Shown: one piece after another, positions 1-8,357 of the stretch | How the letters are laid out: each line of letters opens with the position of its first letter | How positions within the stretch are numbered: position 1 is the first letter of the stretch | The notes under the pieces: generated by a model | The model's input: the letters and a program-made list of their open reading frames with translations, nothing else | The model's database searches: none | What the model was told of the DNA's origin: nothing | Source of the DNA: Syntrophales bacterium | GTDB taxonomy: Bacteria; Desulfobacterota; Syntrophia; Syntrophales; UBA4778 | Direction of reading: 5' to 3' | Length of the DNA stretch: 64,000 nucleotides | NCBI GenBank assembly: GCA_028712885.1 | Contig: JAQTPK010000002.1 | Location: forward strand, 20,623 to 84,622 | Program-made: the position numbers and the translations under genes

Positions 1-1
1 C

Positions 2-292
2 CAGATAAGATTTCCGGAATTCACCTGTCTCTGCCCGATGACTTCCCAGCCCGATTTTGCGGAAATCACCATACGCTACATTCCCGACAACCTGATTGTC
101 GAGCTTAAATCCCTGAAATTTTATTTGAACTCGTTCCGGAACAAAGGAATCTTCCACGAGGAGGCGGTCAACCGGATTCTGGATGATTTCAAGGCTGCCA
201 TCAGCCCGAGGAGGGTGGAAGTAGTGGGGAAATTCAACGTCCGTGGCGGCATCCATACTACTGTCAGCGCGGAATGGCCCCGGAAGGAGTGA
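2..292 (+). CDS. queF: NADPH-dependent 7-cyano-7-deazaguanine reductase QueF, 5' end cut by window edge
   Basis: The frame is open from position 2 ([20 protein letters not shown]...). It carries the QueF catalytic Cys and QPDF region and a T-fold C-terminus. The ATG at 38 is internal. Confidence 0.8.
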   Translation, partial: QIRFPEFTCLCPMTSQPDFAEITIRYIPDNLIVELKSLKFYLNSFRNKGIFHEEAVNRILDDFKAAISPRRVEVVGKFNVRGGIHTTVSAEWPRKE

Positions 293-298
293 TCTGAA

Positions 299-1621
299 TT
301 ATTTTCTTTTCAGCGCCGTTTTCGCCTTATGATCGTGAATAATCTTGGGCGTAATAAAGATCAGCATTTCACGCTGGTCTTTTTCTATTTCCTGCGATTT
401 GAAAAGCCAGCCCAGGACAGGAATCCGGGAGAGCCACGGCACTCCCGTTTCTCCCTTTGACTCCGTCTGCTTGCGGATACCTCCCACAACCACCGTCTCC
501 CCGTCGTGGACGAGAACGGTCGATTCCACCTCGCTCTTGTTGATCGGGGGATTGTCGAGTCTTTGCGCAGTCTGGGTCGCGTAATCCGCCGCATCGTTGG
601 TCGCCAGGATCTTGAGAGAGAGGCGGCCGTCCGGTGTAACCGTAGGCGTCACGGTAAGCTGCAGGACGGCGTCTTTATACTCCGTTTTCGGCGGCTCTGT
701 CGTCGTGCCTCTAGTAATGATCGGTATGGCCTGCCCCTGTTTTATCAGCGCCTTCACGTTGTCGAGAGTCGTCACCTTGGGCGAGGAGATAATTTTCACA
801 TCTCCTGTGCCTTCCAGCGCCGTTATCTGCGCATCGAGCATTCTGTCGGCCCCGCCGATCAGGAGGCCGATCCCCGGAGAAGCGGAATAGCTGTTCGCGA
901 TGTTCACCAGATAACTGGTCCCGAATGTATCTGTGCCCACAGTGTTTCTTACGACTCCTATTCCTCCCGGAAGGGGGGTAAGCTTGGAGGGCATGATGCC
1001 GCCGGAAGTCCGGAGCCAGAAATTCGAGGCGGAATTGATGCCGGCCCCCCACTGGACGCCCAGCCGCCGCGCATAGTTGGATGTCGCTTCCACGATCTTG
1101 GCTTCTATGGAGATCTGAGTCTTCCTGCCCTGGGCGATGTCCTCCTTCAGTCTTTCTTCCTCGGCCTTCTTGATTTTCTCCAGGGGGAAGACGGCGATAA
1201 CGGTCCCGGACCTTTTCATTCCAAGTCCGTTCGTGTCCAGAATGGTCTCCAGCGCCTGATCCCAGGGTACGTTTCGCATGTGCACGGAGACCGAGCCCTT
1301 TACATCCTCTCCCGCAACTATATTGACGCCGCTTACTTCCGAGATAAGCCTGAAGACGTTTCGTATTCCCGCGTCCTGAAAATCCAGCGAGATCCGGTGT
1401 CCGAAATATTTTTTGGCATCGCGTGCATCCGGTTTATCTTTTTCCGTTTCTGCCGCGGGCGCCGGTTCGGCTGCGGGTCTGACGGCCGAATCCGACACGC
1501 TTTCCGGGATTGGGTTCTGCTGCATCTCCTCCGCCGCGGTCACCGGCTGTATTGCCGGACCAAGGCAGGCTGAAATCAGGAGGAACCGGAATAATATTTT
1601 TTGAATCGGTCTCTTTTTCAT
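299..1621 (-). CDS. pilQ: type IV pilus secretin PilQ
   Basis: 440 aa with a signal peptide, a secretin-N-like region and a C-terminal secretin core (...GVPWLSRIPVLGWLFK...). It is the last gene of a pilM-N-O-P-Q ordered cluster. Confidence 0.9.
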   Translation of the reverse strand: MKKRPIQKILFRFLLISACLGPAIQPVTAAEEMQQNPIPESVSDSAVRPAAEPAPAAETEKDKPDARDAKKYFGHRISLDFQDAGIRNVFRLISEVSGVNIVAGEDVKGSVSVHMRNVPWDQALETILDTNGLGMKRSGTVIAVFPLEKIKKAEEERLKEDIAQGRKTQISIEAKIVEATSNYARRLGVQWGAGINSASNFWLRTSGGIMPSKLTPLPGGIGVVRNTVGTDTFGTSYLVNIANSYSASPGIGLLIGGADRMLDAQITALEGTGDVKIISSPKVTTLDNVKALIKQGQAIPIITRGTTTEPPKTEYKDAVLQLTVTPTVTPDGRLSLKILATNDAADYATQTAQRLDNPPINKSEVESTVLVHDGETVVVGGIRKQTESKGETGVPWLSRIPVLGWLFKSQEIEKDQREMLIFITPKIIHDHKAKTALKRK

Positions 1622-2112
1622 GGCGCGTCCTCATCCATAAACCGGTACAGTTTCAGCGTGAGTCGGTTCGTTTTTGTTTTGCCGAAACTTCCCTTTATTT
1701 TCTCTTCAACTATCAGCTGATCGCCCAGGATCATGGCGACGCGGCCCTGGTTGAGGCCGATCGGCGTCCCCGGAGTGAGGATATAGCTCTTTCCCTTTTT
1801 GTCCACCACCATGGCCATCCGTTTCTTGCCCGAGCCTGCCACTCCTATAAGTTTGAACTGCCCTATATCCTGGCGCTGCAGAGGGGAAATGAATCCCGCC
1901 TCGCCCGGCTTCCTGCCGGTGCTTTCCCGAACCAGAGGCCTGAACGGATCCGGCTTTCCGGCGGGATCATATTTATAGACCTCTGTCCGGGATGGGTCTT
2001 CTTTCTGAGCGACTTCGGCGCACCACCCGTATCCGGACAGAACAGCCGGGATCACCAGGCAGGAAAAAAGAAACCGGATGCTATTTCTTCTTTTCATCTC
2101 TTTTCTTTTCAT
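1618..2112 (-). CDS. pilP: pilus assembly protein PilP
   Basis: Small protein with a lipoprotein-like N-terminus. It lies between pilO and pilQ and overlaps pilQ by 4 nt. Confidence 0.7.
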   Translation of the reverse strand: MKRKEMKRRNSIRFLFSCLVIPAVLSGYGWCAEVAQKEDPSRTEVYKYDPAGKPDPFRPLVRESTGRKPGEAGFISPLQRQDIGQFKLIGVAGSGKKRMAMVVDKKGKSYILTPGTPIGLNQGRVAMILGDQLIVEEKIKGSFGKTKTNRLTLKLYRFMDEDAP

Positions 2113-2704
2113 CCTTGCCTTCTGGCGCCTTTTCCACGAACATATATGTCTTCAATACGCACGAGGCTGTCAGAACAGCCGCGTCGCTCTTGCCGCCTTT
2201 AGCATTGCTGATCTGAAAATCCGAGATATTGACGATGCGGGGCAGCCTGGCGACCCCTTCAAAGAAACGGACGACATCCGCAAAAACGCCGTTTACCGAA
2301 ATCTTGACCGGTATTTCAGCATAAAATTCCTTGTGGACCGGCGGAACCGGCTCGAAAAGCAGGAATTCGAGACTGTTTCTGCGGCCTGTTTCGGTTACGG
2401 CCGTGAGCATTCCCGGGATTTCCTTCTGGTCCGGCAGCTTGGTAAGGGCCGTCTGAAGGCTCTCCTGCAGCGTCACAACTTCCTTTTTGTTCCGCTGGAT
2501 CTCCTTGATGACCAGCTCCTTGTTCGAAATGAGCTCCCGGGTCTTCAGAAGCTTTTCCTGCAAGTTGATTTTTTTGGCGTACACCGGCTGGAAAAGGAGA
2601 GAATAATAGAAATACCCCGCAACAAGAAGCAGCAGCGCAAGCAGCATCCACTTCTGCTTGGGCGGAAGATTCTTGATCTGGTCTGTGTTCAGCTTGAATG
2701 CCAT
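2081..2704 (-). CDS. pilO: pilus assembly protein PilO
   Basis: Single N-terminal TM helix, a coiled-coil, then a PilO-like domain. Position in the cluster supports the call. Confidence 0.8.
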   Translation of the reverse strand: MAFKLNTDQIKNLPPKQKWMLLALLLLVAGYFYYSLLFQPVYAKKINLQEKLLKTRELISNKELVIKEIQRNKKEVVTLQESLQTALTKLPDQKEIPGMLTAVTETGRRNSLEFLLFEPVPPVHKEFYAEIPVKISVNGVFADVVRFFEGVARLPRIVNISDFQISNAKGGKSDAAVLTASCVLKTYMFVEKAPEGKDEKKRDEKKK

Positions 2705-2708
2705 TGCG

Positions 2709-3254
2709 CTATACCTTTTTGAACGCGCATGTCAACGTGAATCCCTGCAGTTTTGTGCCGCCGATGACAATCTGCTTTGAAGCGACCAGATCAACCGAAC
2801 GGAAATAAACGGACCGTTCCAGGTTTTTCATGAGGCGCGCGATCGCCTCGTTGTCGCGGGCGACGCCGTCAATCTTCAGGTCGACCTCGTTCGCCGCCAT
2901 ATTCGTAAACCACAGCTGTCCTGCGGGAATCAGCGTGGAAAGGGAATCCAGCAGGAGCACCGGTTTCAGCCTGTTCTCTTCCAGATTCCTGATTATCGCG
3001 ATCTTTTTTTCGAGACTTGTCCGGTCGCCTTTTACCTTGTCGATTTCTCCGGCGGCCTTTGTCAATTCAGAAAGCCTGCCTTCCGAATCTTTCATCAGCC
3101 TTTCAAGATCGTCCGTGCTGATTACGAGATAAACGTGAAAAGCGGCGATGGCGGCGATGAATACTCCGGCGACGGAGATATAAAGCAGCAGCTCCTTCTT
3201 GAGACTGCTCTTTTTCTTCGTGTCGCGATACGGCAGGAGGTTGATCTTGATCAT
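2709..3254 (-). CDS. pilN: pilus assembly protein PilN
   Basis: Starts MIKINLLPYR (conserved PilN N-terminus that binds PilM), followed by a TM helix and a coiled-coil. Confidence 0.8.
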   Translation of the reverse strand: MIKINLLPYRDTKKKSSLKKELLLYISVAGVFIAAIAAFHVYLVISTDDLERLMKDSEGRLSELTKAAGEIDKVKGDRTSLEKKIAIIRNLEENRLKPVLLLDSLSTLIPAGQLWFTNMAANEVDLKIDGVARDNEAIARLMKNLERSVYFRSVDLVASKQIVIGGTKLQGFTLTCAFKKV

Positions 3255-4324
3255 CGGTCGTTGAGCCTCCGCAAGGCGAGTCCGACTGCGATGGCGGTCC
3301 TCGACCCGATTTCTTCCAGATTGTGCTGATCGAACTTTTTGCGGTCGATGCGGATGTTCTGGAGAGGATTCACCAGCTCCGTTTCAATATTCAATCTCTG
3401 GGTGAGGGCCGGCAGAATGCCGGGAATGACGGCCGATCCTCCTCCGGCGATTACCCTGCGAATGAACTCGCTGCCGTATGTGGAACGGAAGTAGTCAACC
3501 GACCTCTCAATTTCGGAGAGAATAGGATCGGCGATTTCGACCAGGTCGGATGCCGTAACCCCCCGGTCTTCCCTTCCCCCGGACACGGCTGTTTTTACCG
3601 CCTCGGCCTCGTCGAATTCGATGCCGAGCTTTTTCTGGATAATCTCGGTGATGGCGTCCCCGCCGATGGAGAAGTCTCGGGTAAAGATGGAGCCGCCTTT
3701 TTTGATCACGTTGATATTGGTGATGCTCGCCCCGATATTGACGAGGACAACCACGTCCTGCTCCTCGAAATCATAATTGGCTTCGTACATGGTCTCAAGG
3801 GCGAAAGGGTCCACGTCCATTATCACGACCTTCAGGCCCGCCTTATTGACCGCTTCCATGAACGTATTTATTATTTCTTTACGCGCCGCGGCCAGGACCA
3901 CGTCCATCTGCCCCGGAGTGGTGTCGCTCTCGCCGAGGATCTGAAAATCGAAATTGACCTCGCGGATGTCTTCGAAAGGAAGATACTTGTCGGCCTCATC
4001 GTTCAGCAGCAGCCGGAACTCCTCCTCGTCCATGGACGAAAATCCGGTCCTTTTAATTATGACGTTGTGTCCGGAAAGCGATGTGACGATATTCCGGGCT
4101 TTACAGCCGCTGTTTTTGAAGAGTTCCCGAATTTTACCGGTAAGAGTTTCCCGGTCGAGGATTACACCACCCGCTATTACATTCCGAGGAAGGTAGATTC
4201 CCGCCAGGGTTTTAAGCTCATAACCTTCCGGCGTGTCTGATATTTCCGCCAGTTTGAGGGAACTGGAACCGATATCCAGACCGGCCACTCCTTTTCCCGA
4301 AAACAATTTTTCCAATCCGAACAT
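3251..4324 (-). CDS. pilM: pilus assembly ATPase-fold protein PilM
   Basis: Actin-like fold with GLDIGSSSLKL near the N-terminus. The 4-nt overlap with pilN fits an operon. Confidence 0.9.
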   Translation of the reverse strand: MFGLEKLFSGKGVAGLDIGSSSLKLAEISDTPEGYELKTLAGIYLPRNVIAGGVILDRETLTGKIRELFKNSGCKARNIVTSLSGHNVIIKRTGFSSMDEEEFRLLLNDEADKYLPFEDIREVNFDFQILGESDTTPGQMDVVLAAARKEIINTFMEAVNKAGLKVVIMDVDPFALETMYEANYDFEEQDVVVLVNIGASITNINVIKKGGSIFTRDFSIGGDAITEIIQKKLGIEFDEAEAVKTAVSGGREDRGVTASDLVEIADPILSEIERSVDYFRSTYGSEFIRRVIAGGGSAVIPGILPALTQRLNIETELVNPLQNIRIDRKKFDQHNLEEIGSRTAIAVGLALRRLNDR

Positions 4325-4678
4325 CGATTACTCCGAACGCGAAGCCCTTATGGGCGCGAGCCGGGAAAAGAGGACTTCAGGGAAGAGGATTGCCGGGGGC
4401 GGGTTTCATGGATCATCAATTCTGCGGGCCGAGTTCAGTAAGGCGCGGCAACGCAACTGTTCCAGGGAGACCGGGGGCTGGTGACTCCTGCGCCCCACCT
4501 ATTCACCAGAGATTCGCTCTTTTCAGGTTCCTCCTATAATTAAATCCGGCTGTCAAACGATCCTGAGACGCCCGTCACTACATGCTATTTATCGGGTCTG
4601 ATCGAGGAAAGCTTTAGCTTTCCCGGGGTTTGCCTTTGTGATCCCCGTCACAATAAACGGAAATCAGGCCGCCTCGGA

Positions 4679-4972
4679 TCACCGGTCGACATGCTTGTAG
4701 ACAATGTCTCCCTTCATGACCATGCCGAGATCGTTGCGAGCGACAGTCTCAATATGTCTGATATCGTTTTTCAGGAGGTAAATCTCGCGTTTCAGTCTGT
4801 AATTCTCGTGAACCAGCTGAAGGTTGGCGTCTTTCAGGATGTTCTGCTTCTCTTTCATGACGAGGTTGTCGATAAGACCGTTGTTGCCGAAGACGATCAG
4901 CAATGCCATCAGCACAAGGAAGAGGATGAGGTATTTCCCAAGCTTCAAGACAGACTTCCTCCGTCCGCCCAT
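4679..4972 (-). CDS. ftsB: septum formation initiator FtsB/DivIC family
   Basis: TM helix plus leucine-zipper-like coiled-coil (MGGRRKSVLKLGKYLILFLVL...LKREIYLLKNDIRHIE). I start it at the ATG at 4972. The longer track ORF to 5281 reads through tandem-repeat DNA. Confidence 0.65.
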   Translation of the reverse strand: MGGRRKSVLKLGKYLILFLVLMALLIVFGNNGLIDNLVMKEKQNILKDANLQLVHENYRLKREIYLLKNDIRHIETVARNDLGMVMKGDIVYKHVDR

Positions 4973-5043
4973 GAGGCGGAGATGGAAGTCGTATACACGA
5001 AATTTAATCCGGGAACAATCACTTATTTTTAGTCGTAAGGTGT

Positions 5044-5121
5044 AAGGGGTAAAGGGTAAGGGGTTCCGGGTGATGGGGCATGGATAATAGGCATCAGGCA
5101 TCGGGCAGGAAGAAGTCCTTG
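5044..5121 (+). repeat. two adjacent 7-bp-period tandem arrays (cgtaagg/tgtaagg/ggtaaag/ggtaagg, then ggcatgg/ataatag/gcatcag/gcatcgg/gcaggaa)
   Basis: Read directly. The period is strictly 7 bp with degenerate units, and the arrays are intergenic upstream of ftsB. Confidence 0.85.
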
Positions 5122-5322
5122 CGTCCGTTGCATCATGCGTCAGGCGGGAAAGGTTTTTTCTGTCATTTCGAATCCGCCTGAGGCGGATGAGAAATCTTGC
5201 CCTCTTCTGTTTCTGGGAAAGCGGGAAGCGCGGGATGGAAGCACCAGGGCATGGAGGGTTGATGCGCACGGCATCAGTCATAATAACCTGCAGAACGCCG
5301 TCGCAGTCTCTTTGAGTTTTTT

Positions 5323-5357
5323 GCCTTTAGCTCTTTGCCCTGAGCCTTTAGCCGATT
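5323..5357 (-). repeat. 7-bp-period tandem array (gccttta/gctcttt/gccctga/gccttta/gccgatt)
   Basis: Read directly. The reverse complement (TAAAGGC-type) resembles the GTAAAGG units at 5044, so the two blocks form an inverted pair. Confidence 0.8.
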
Positions 5358-6531
5358 ATCCGTTTACTGAGCGAAGGAGTTGCTGAGGCTCCCCCAGGTA
5401 GAACCGTCTTTCCTCTATCCAGGTCTTCAGGATATTGGCTATTTCACGGGCCTTGAAATAGCTGGATAACGGCGCCGTGACCACCTCTTTCCCCTGAAGC
5501 GCGATCCGCCCGCTCCTCAGCTCCTTATAGCTGACTTCCGTCAGGCTCTTCGGCTCGCCTTTGGGATAATCCATGCTGTAGTCGTAAACCTGCGTGACGA
5601 TATCCTCGTCCCGGATGGATGTAAAACGGGCCATTTCCTCATTCAGAATTGGAATAGGAATCCCGATGCCGACGTACAACGAAACTCCGTATCCGAGCAT
5701 GCTCGCTCCGGACAGCCATTCCGGGCTCATCTCTTTCAGGTCGCCGATTGTGGCGATTGTCCCTGCGCCCGCCGTCGGGACTCCGCCCGCCGTTCTCTCC
5801 ACGTTCGGATTATGCTGCGTCCCTTGCCAGGCCACGTACCCCTGCGCTCCTCCCAGGAAAATGCGGGTTCCGATTCCTATGGTACGGTAGTATGGATCGT
5901 TGAACAGAGGGCTAAGCTGTCCCGATGTGGAATAATTGGCGTTGGCCAGGCGGGGCCGAAGCACCCCCATGTAGGTGTAAATCGTTTTGTCGGACATGTT
6001 CACGGCGCAACTGTAGTTCTGATACGCATTCCTGGGATTGAACAGAATTGCGTCCTGCAAATCGCCGATAGTGATACTCTTCTCGAATTTCCTCGCGGGG
6101 TAGCAGTCGGTCCCGTACCCTTCTGCGCGCAGACGGACCACGTTGCCGGCTGCGAGATCCTCAATGACATGGCCTCCGCCATAATTGAATTCCCCGGGAT
6201 AAACGCTGTTGAGCGGATCCCCTTCGGCGACTTCGGCCGCGCCTATATAGCAGTCCACGGCGGCAATGCCTCCATACGCGGCGACGTCGTTGAGCCACAC
6301 CTTCATTGCTTTTATTCTTGGAGAAGCATGCCCGAAATTGAGAAAGGCCCCGGATGAACACATCGGAGCAAATGTGCCGGTGGTAACGATATCGACTTTT
6401 TCCGCAGCCCGGACATCTCCGTTTCGCTCGACGATGTCGATCATCTCCTCGGCGGTGACGACCACGACTTTGCCCTGCCGGATCTTCTCATTAATCTCCT
6501 GATAGGTCTTGTTGACCCTATATTTTTTCAT
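5356..6531 (-). CDS. COG1900/DUF39 homocysteine biosynthesis protein (aspartate-semialdehyde sulfurtransferase family)
   Basis: 391 aa whose N-terminus KTYQEINEKIRQGKVVVVTAEEM...VDIVTTGTFAPMCSSGAFLNFGH is typical of the family. No NIL-ferredoxin partner lies adjacent. Confidence 0.75.
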   Translation of the reverse strand: MKKYRVNKTYQEINEKIRQGKVVVVTAEEMIDIVERNGDVRAAEKVDIVTTGTFAPMCSSGAFLNFGHASPRIKAMKVWLNDVAAYGGIAAVDCYIGAAEVAEGDPLNSVYPGEFNYGGGHVIEDLAAGNVVRLRAEGYGTDCYPARKFEKSITIGDLQDAILFNPRNAYQNYSCAVNMSDKTIYTYMGVLRPRLANANYSTSGQLSPLFNDPYYRTIGIGTRIFLGGAQGYVAWQGTQHNPNVERTAGGVPTAGAGTIATIGDLKEMSPEWLSGASMLGYGVSLYVGIGIPIPILNEEMARFTSIRDEDIVTQVYDYSMDYPKGEPKSLTEVSYKELRSGRIALQGKEVVTAPLSSYFKAREIANILKTWIEERRFYLGEPQQLLRSVNG

Positions 6532-6604
6532 TTCCGAACCTCAGCCCAGACTTACTCTTCACATCCGCTATGCCGAAACTGAACTTTCTTAGTCTTTTTA
6601 TCGT

Positions 6605-6636
6605 AACTTCTCAACTTCTCGATTTCTCAACTTCGT
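6605..6636 (+). repeat. 8-bp-period tandem array (aacttctc aacttctc gatttctc aacttcgt)
   Basis: Read directly. Intergenic, abutting the dut stop codon. Confidence 0.8.
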
Positions 6637-6637
6637 C

Positions 6638-7090
6638 TTACGACCCAGTGTGCCCGAATCCCCCCTCGCCCCGCCGGGTCGGATCCAGCGATTCCACCTC
6701 TTCCCATTTCACCCGGCATACCGGCTGTATGATCATCTGGGCGATGCGGTCCCCGCGCCGCACAATATGCGGCTCCCGCCCCAGATTGATCAACAGAATC
6801 CGGATTTCCCCGCGAAAATCCGCATCCACCGTGCCCGGGGCGTTAATCAGGGTTATTCCCGACTTGACGGCCAATCCGCTTCTCGGGCGGATCTGCGCTT
6901 CGTATCCTTCGGGAATGGAAACGGCAAACCCGGACGGTATAGCTTTAATTTCTCCCGGCGGCAGAACCGTTTCCCCTTCGACCGCAGCATGAATGTCCAT
7001 CCCGGAGGACCGGGCGGTCATATAGCGGGGAAGGGGAATGTCTTCATTTCCCGGGAGGCGCCGAATGCGGATCCGGATTCGTTCGGCCAC
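6638..7090 (-). CDS. dut: dUTP diphosphatase
   Basis: 150 aa with dUTPase motifs (SSGMDI, RPRSGLA, GTVDADFRGEI, GDRIAQ, TRRGEGGFGHTG). Confidence 0.9.
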   Translation of the reverse strand: MAERIRIRIRRLPGNEDIPLPRYMTARSSGMDIHAAVEGETVLPPGEIKAIPSGFAVSIPEGYEAQIRPRSGLAVKSGITLINAPGTVDADFRGEIRILLINLGREPHIVRRGDRIAQMIIQPVCRVKWEEVESLDPTRRGEGGFGHTGS

Positions 7091-7091
7091 A

Positions 7092-8357
7092 TCAGCTCCT
7101 TTTTGACTTCCACTCCGGCGGGATCAGATCTTCTTCGGATATCCTGCCCAGTGCGGCTACAACGGCGGCAGCCGGATCCAGCACATCGGCGGCAAGTTCT
7201 CTTACAGTCTCCGCCGATACGCCGTCGATATGTTCCAGCGTTTCATCGATGGTGATATTACGGCCGAAGTACATTTCATTTTTCGCCAGCCGCGTCATCC
7301 TGCTGTCCGTGCTTTCCATGCCCAGGAGAAAGTTGCCTTTGATCTGTTCCTTTGCCGAATGAAGCTCTCTGTCCGTCAGCTTTACGTCCGCAAGCTTGTC
7401 CATTTCAGAAAAGATCAGTCCCACTACTTCACGGGCCTTGTCTTCGCCCGTTCCCGCATAAAACGCCATCTTTCCGGCATCCCTGTATGACACCAGAAAA
7501 GAATGCACGGCGTAAGCCAGCGCCCGTTTTTCCCTGATCTCCTGGAACAGTCTCGAACTCATGCTCCCCCCCAGAACGGAGTTGAGAAGATAGGCCGCGT
7601 ACCGGAGAGGGCTGGTGAAAGGAGGACCGGCGGTTCCGATGAGAATGTGAACCTGCTCCAGTTCCCGGAAGTGAATACCGGTCCTTGAGCATGGGACCGG
7701 GCTGTTCGTAACACCGATTTTCCCGTTTCCCTCCAAGCGGCTGAGACGCAGATTTATTTCTTCCGTGAACCGGTCATGATCGATATTGCCGGTCGCGGCG
7801 ACCACAACCCGGTTGGCCCTGTAGTTTTCCCGGAAAAAAGAAAGCAGGCCGCTCCTGTGAAAGCGCGAAACCGTCTCGCGTGTTCCGATTACGGGAAATC
7901 CGAGCGGATGCCCGTTCCAGAAGATCCGGCCGAAAAAGTCATGGATGTAGTCGTCGGGAGTGTCCTCGATCAGGTTTATTTCCTGGAGGATGACGGATTT
8001 TTCTTTTTCAACTTCGTCCGGCTCGAGAAGGGAATTAAGGAACAGATCGGCAAGGACGTCAATCGCCCGCGGGAGGTGGTAATCGGGAACTTTCACGTAA
8101 AAAGAGGTGAGTTCTTTCCCCGTATAGGCGTTGATCACACCTCCCATGGAATCAATTTCGGAGGCGATGTCAAAGGCGGATCTGACTGCGGTCCCTTTAA
8201 AAAGCATATGCTCGATAAAGTGGGCCGTTCCGTTATTCTCTATGTCTTCGCTCCGGGAGCCGCACTGGACCCAGATGCCGATGGATGCGGACCGCACATG
8301 ATCGATTTTCTCGGTTACAACCCGTAACCCGTTATCGAGGACCGTTTTGCGGCACAT
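7092..8357 (-). CDS. M16 family zinc peptidase (insulinase-like)
   Basis: HFIEH inverted zinc-binding motif (HxxEH) near the N-terminus. Size is typical of the two-domain M16B fold. Confidence 0.85.
   Translation of the reverse strand: MCRKTVLDNGLRVVTEKIDHVRSASIGIWVQCGSRSEDIENNGTAHFIEHMLFKGTAVRSAFDIASEIDSMGGVINAYTGKELTSFYVKVPDYHLPRAIDVLADLFLNSLLEPDEVEKEKSVILQEINLIEDTPDDYIHDFFGRIFWNGHPLGFPVIGTRETVSRFHRSGLLSFFRENYRANRVVVAATGNIDHDRFTEEINLRLSRLEGNGKIGVTNSPVPCSRTGIHFRELEQVHILIGTAGPPFTSPLRYAAYLLNSVLGGSMSSRLFQEIREKRALAYAVHSFLVSYRDAGKMAFYAGTGEDKAREVVGLIFSEMDKLADVKLTDRELHSAKEQIKGNFLLGMESTDSRMTRLAKNEMYFGRNITIDETLEHIDGVSAETVRELAADVLDPAAAVVAALGRISEEDLIPPEWKSKRS

Noticed and set aside
4325-4678. Sigma54 or sigma70 promoter, or an ncRNA, in the 350-nt region upstream of pilM
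   Set aside because: TGGAAC...TTGC candidates have the wrong GG-GC spacing. The TTGACA at about 4540 has no acceptable -10 at 16-18 nt. There is no match to tmRNA, RNase P, SRP or 6S hallmarks.
4973-5281. N-terminal 100 aa of the track ORF 4679..5281
   Set aside because: This stretch is a translation of tandem heptamer arrays and a hairpin repeat (…PFTPYTLRLK…, …LRRIRND…). The FtsB homology begins at the internal ATG at 4972.
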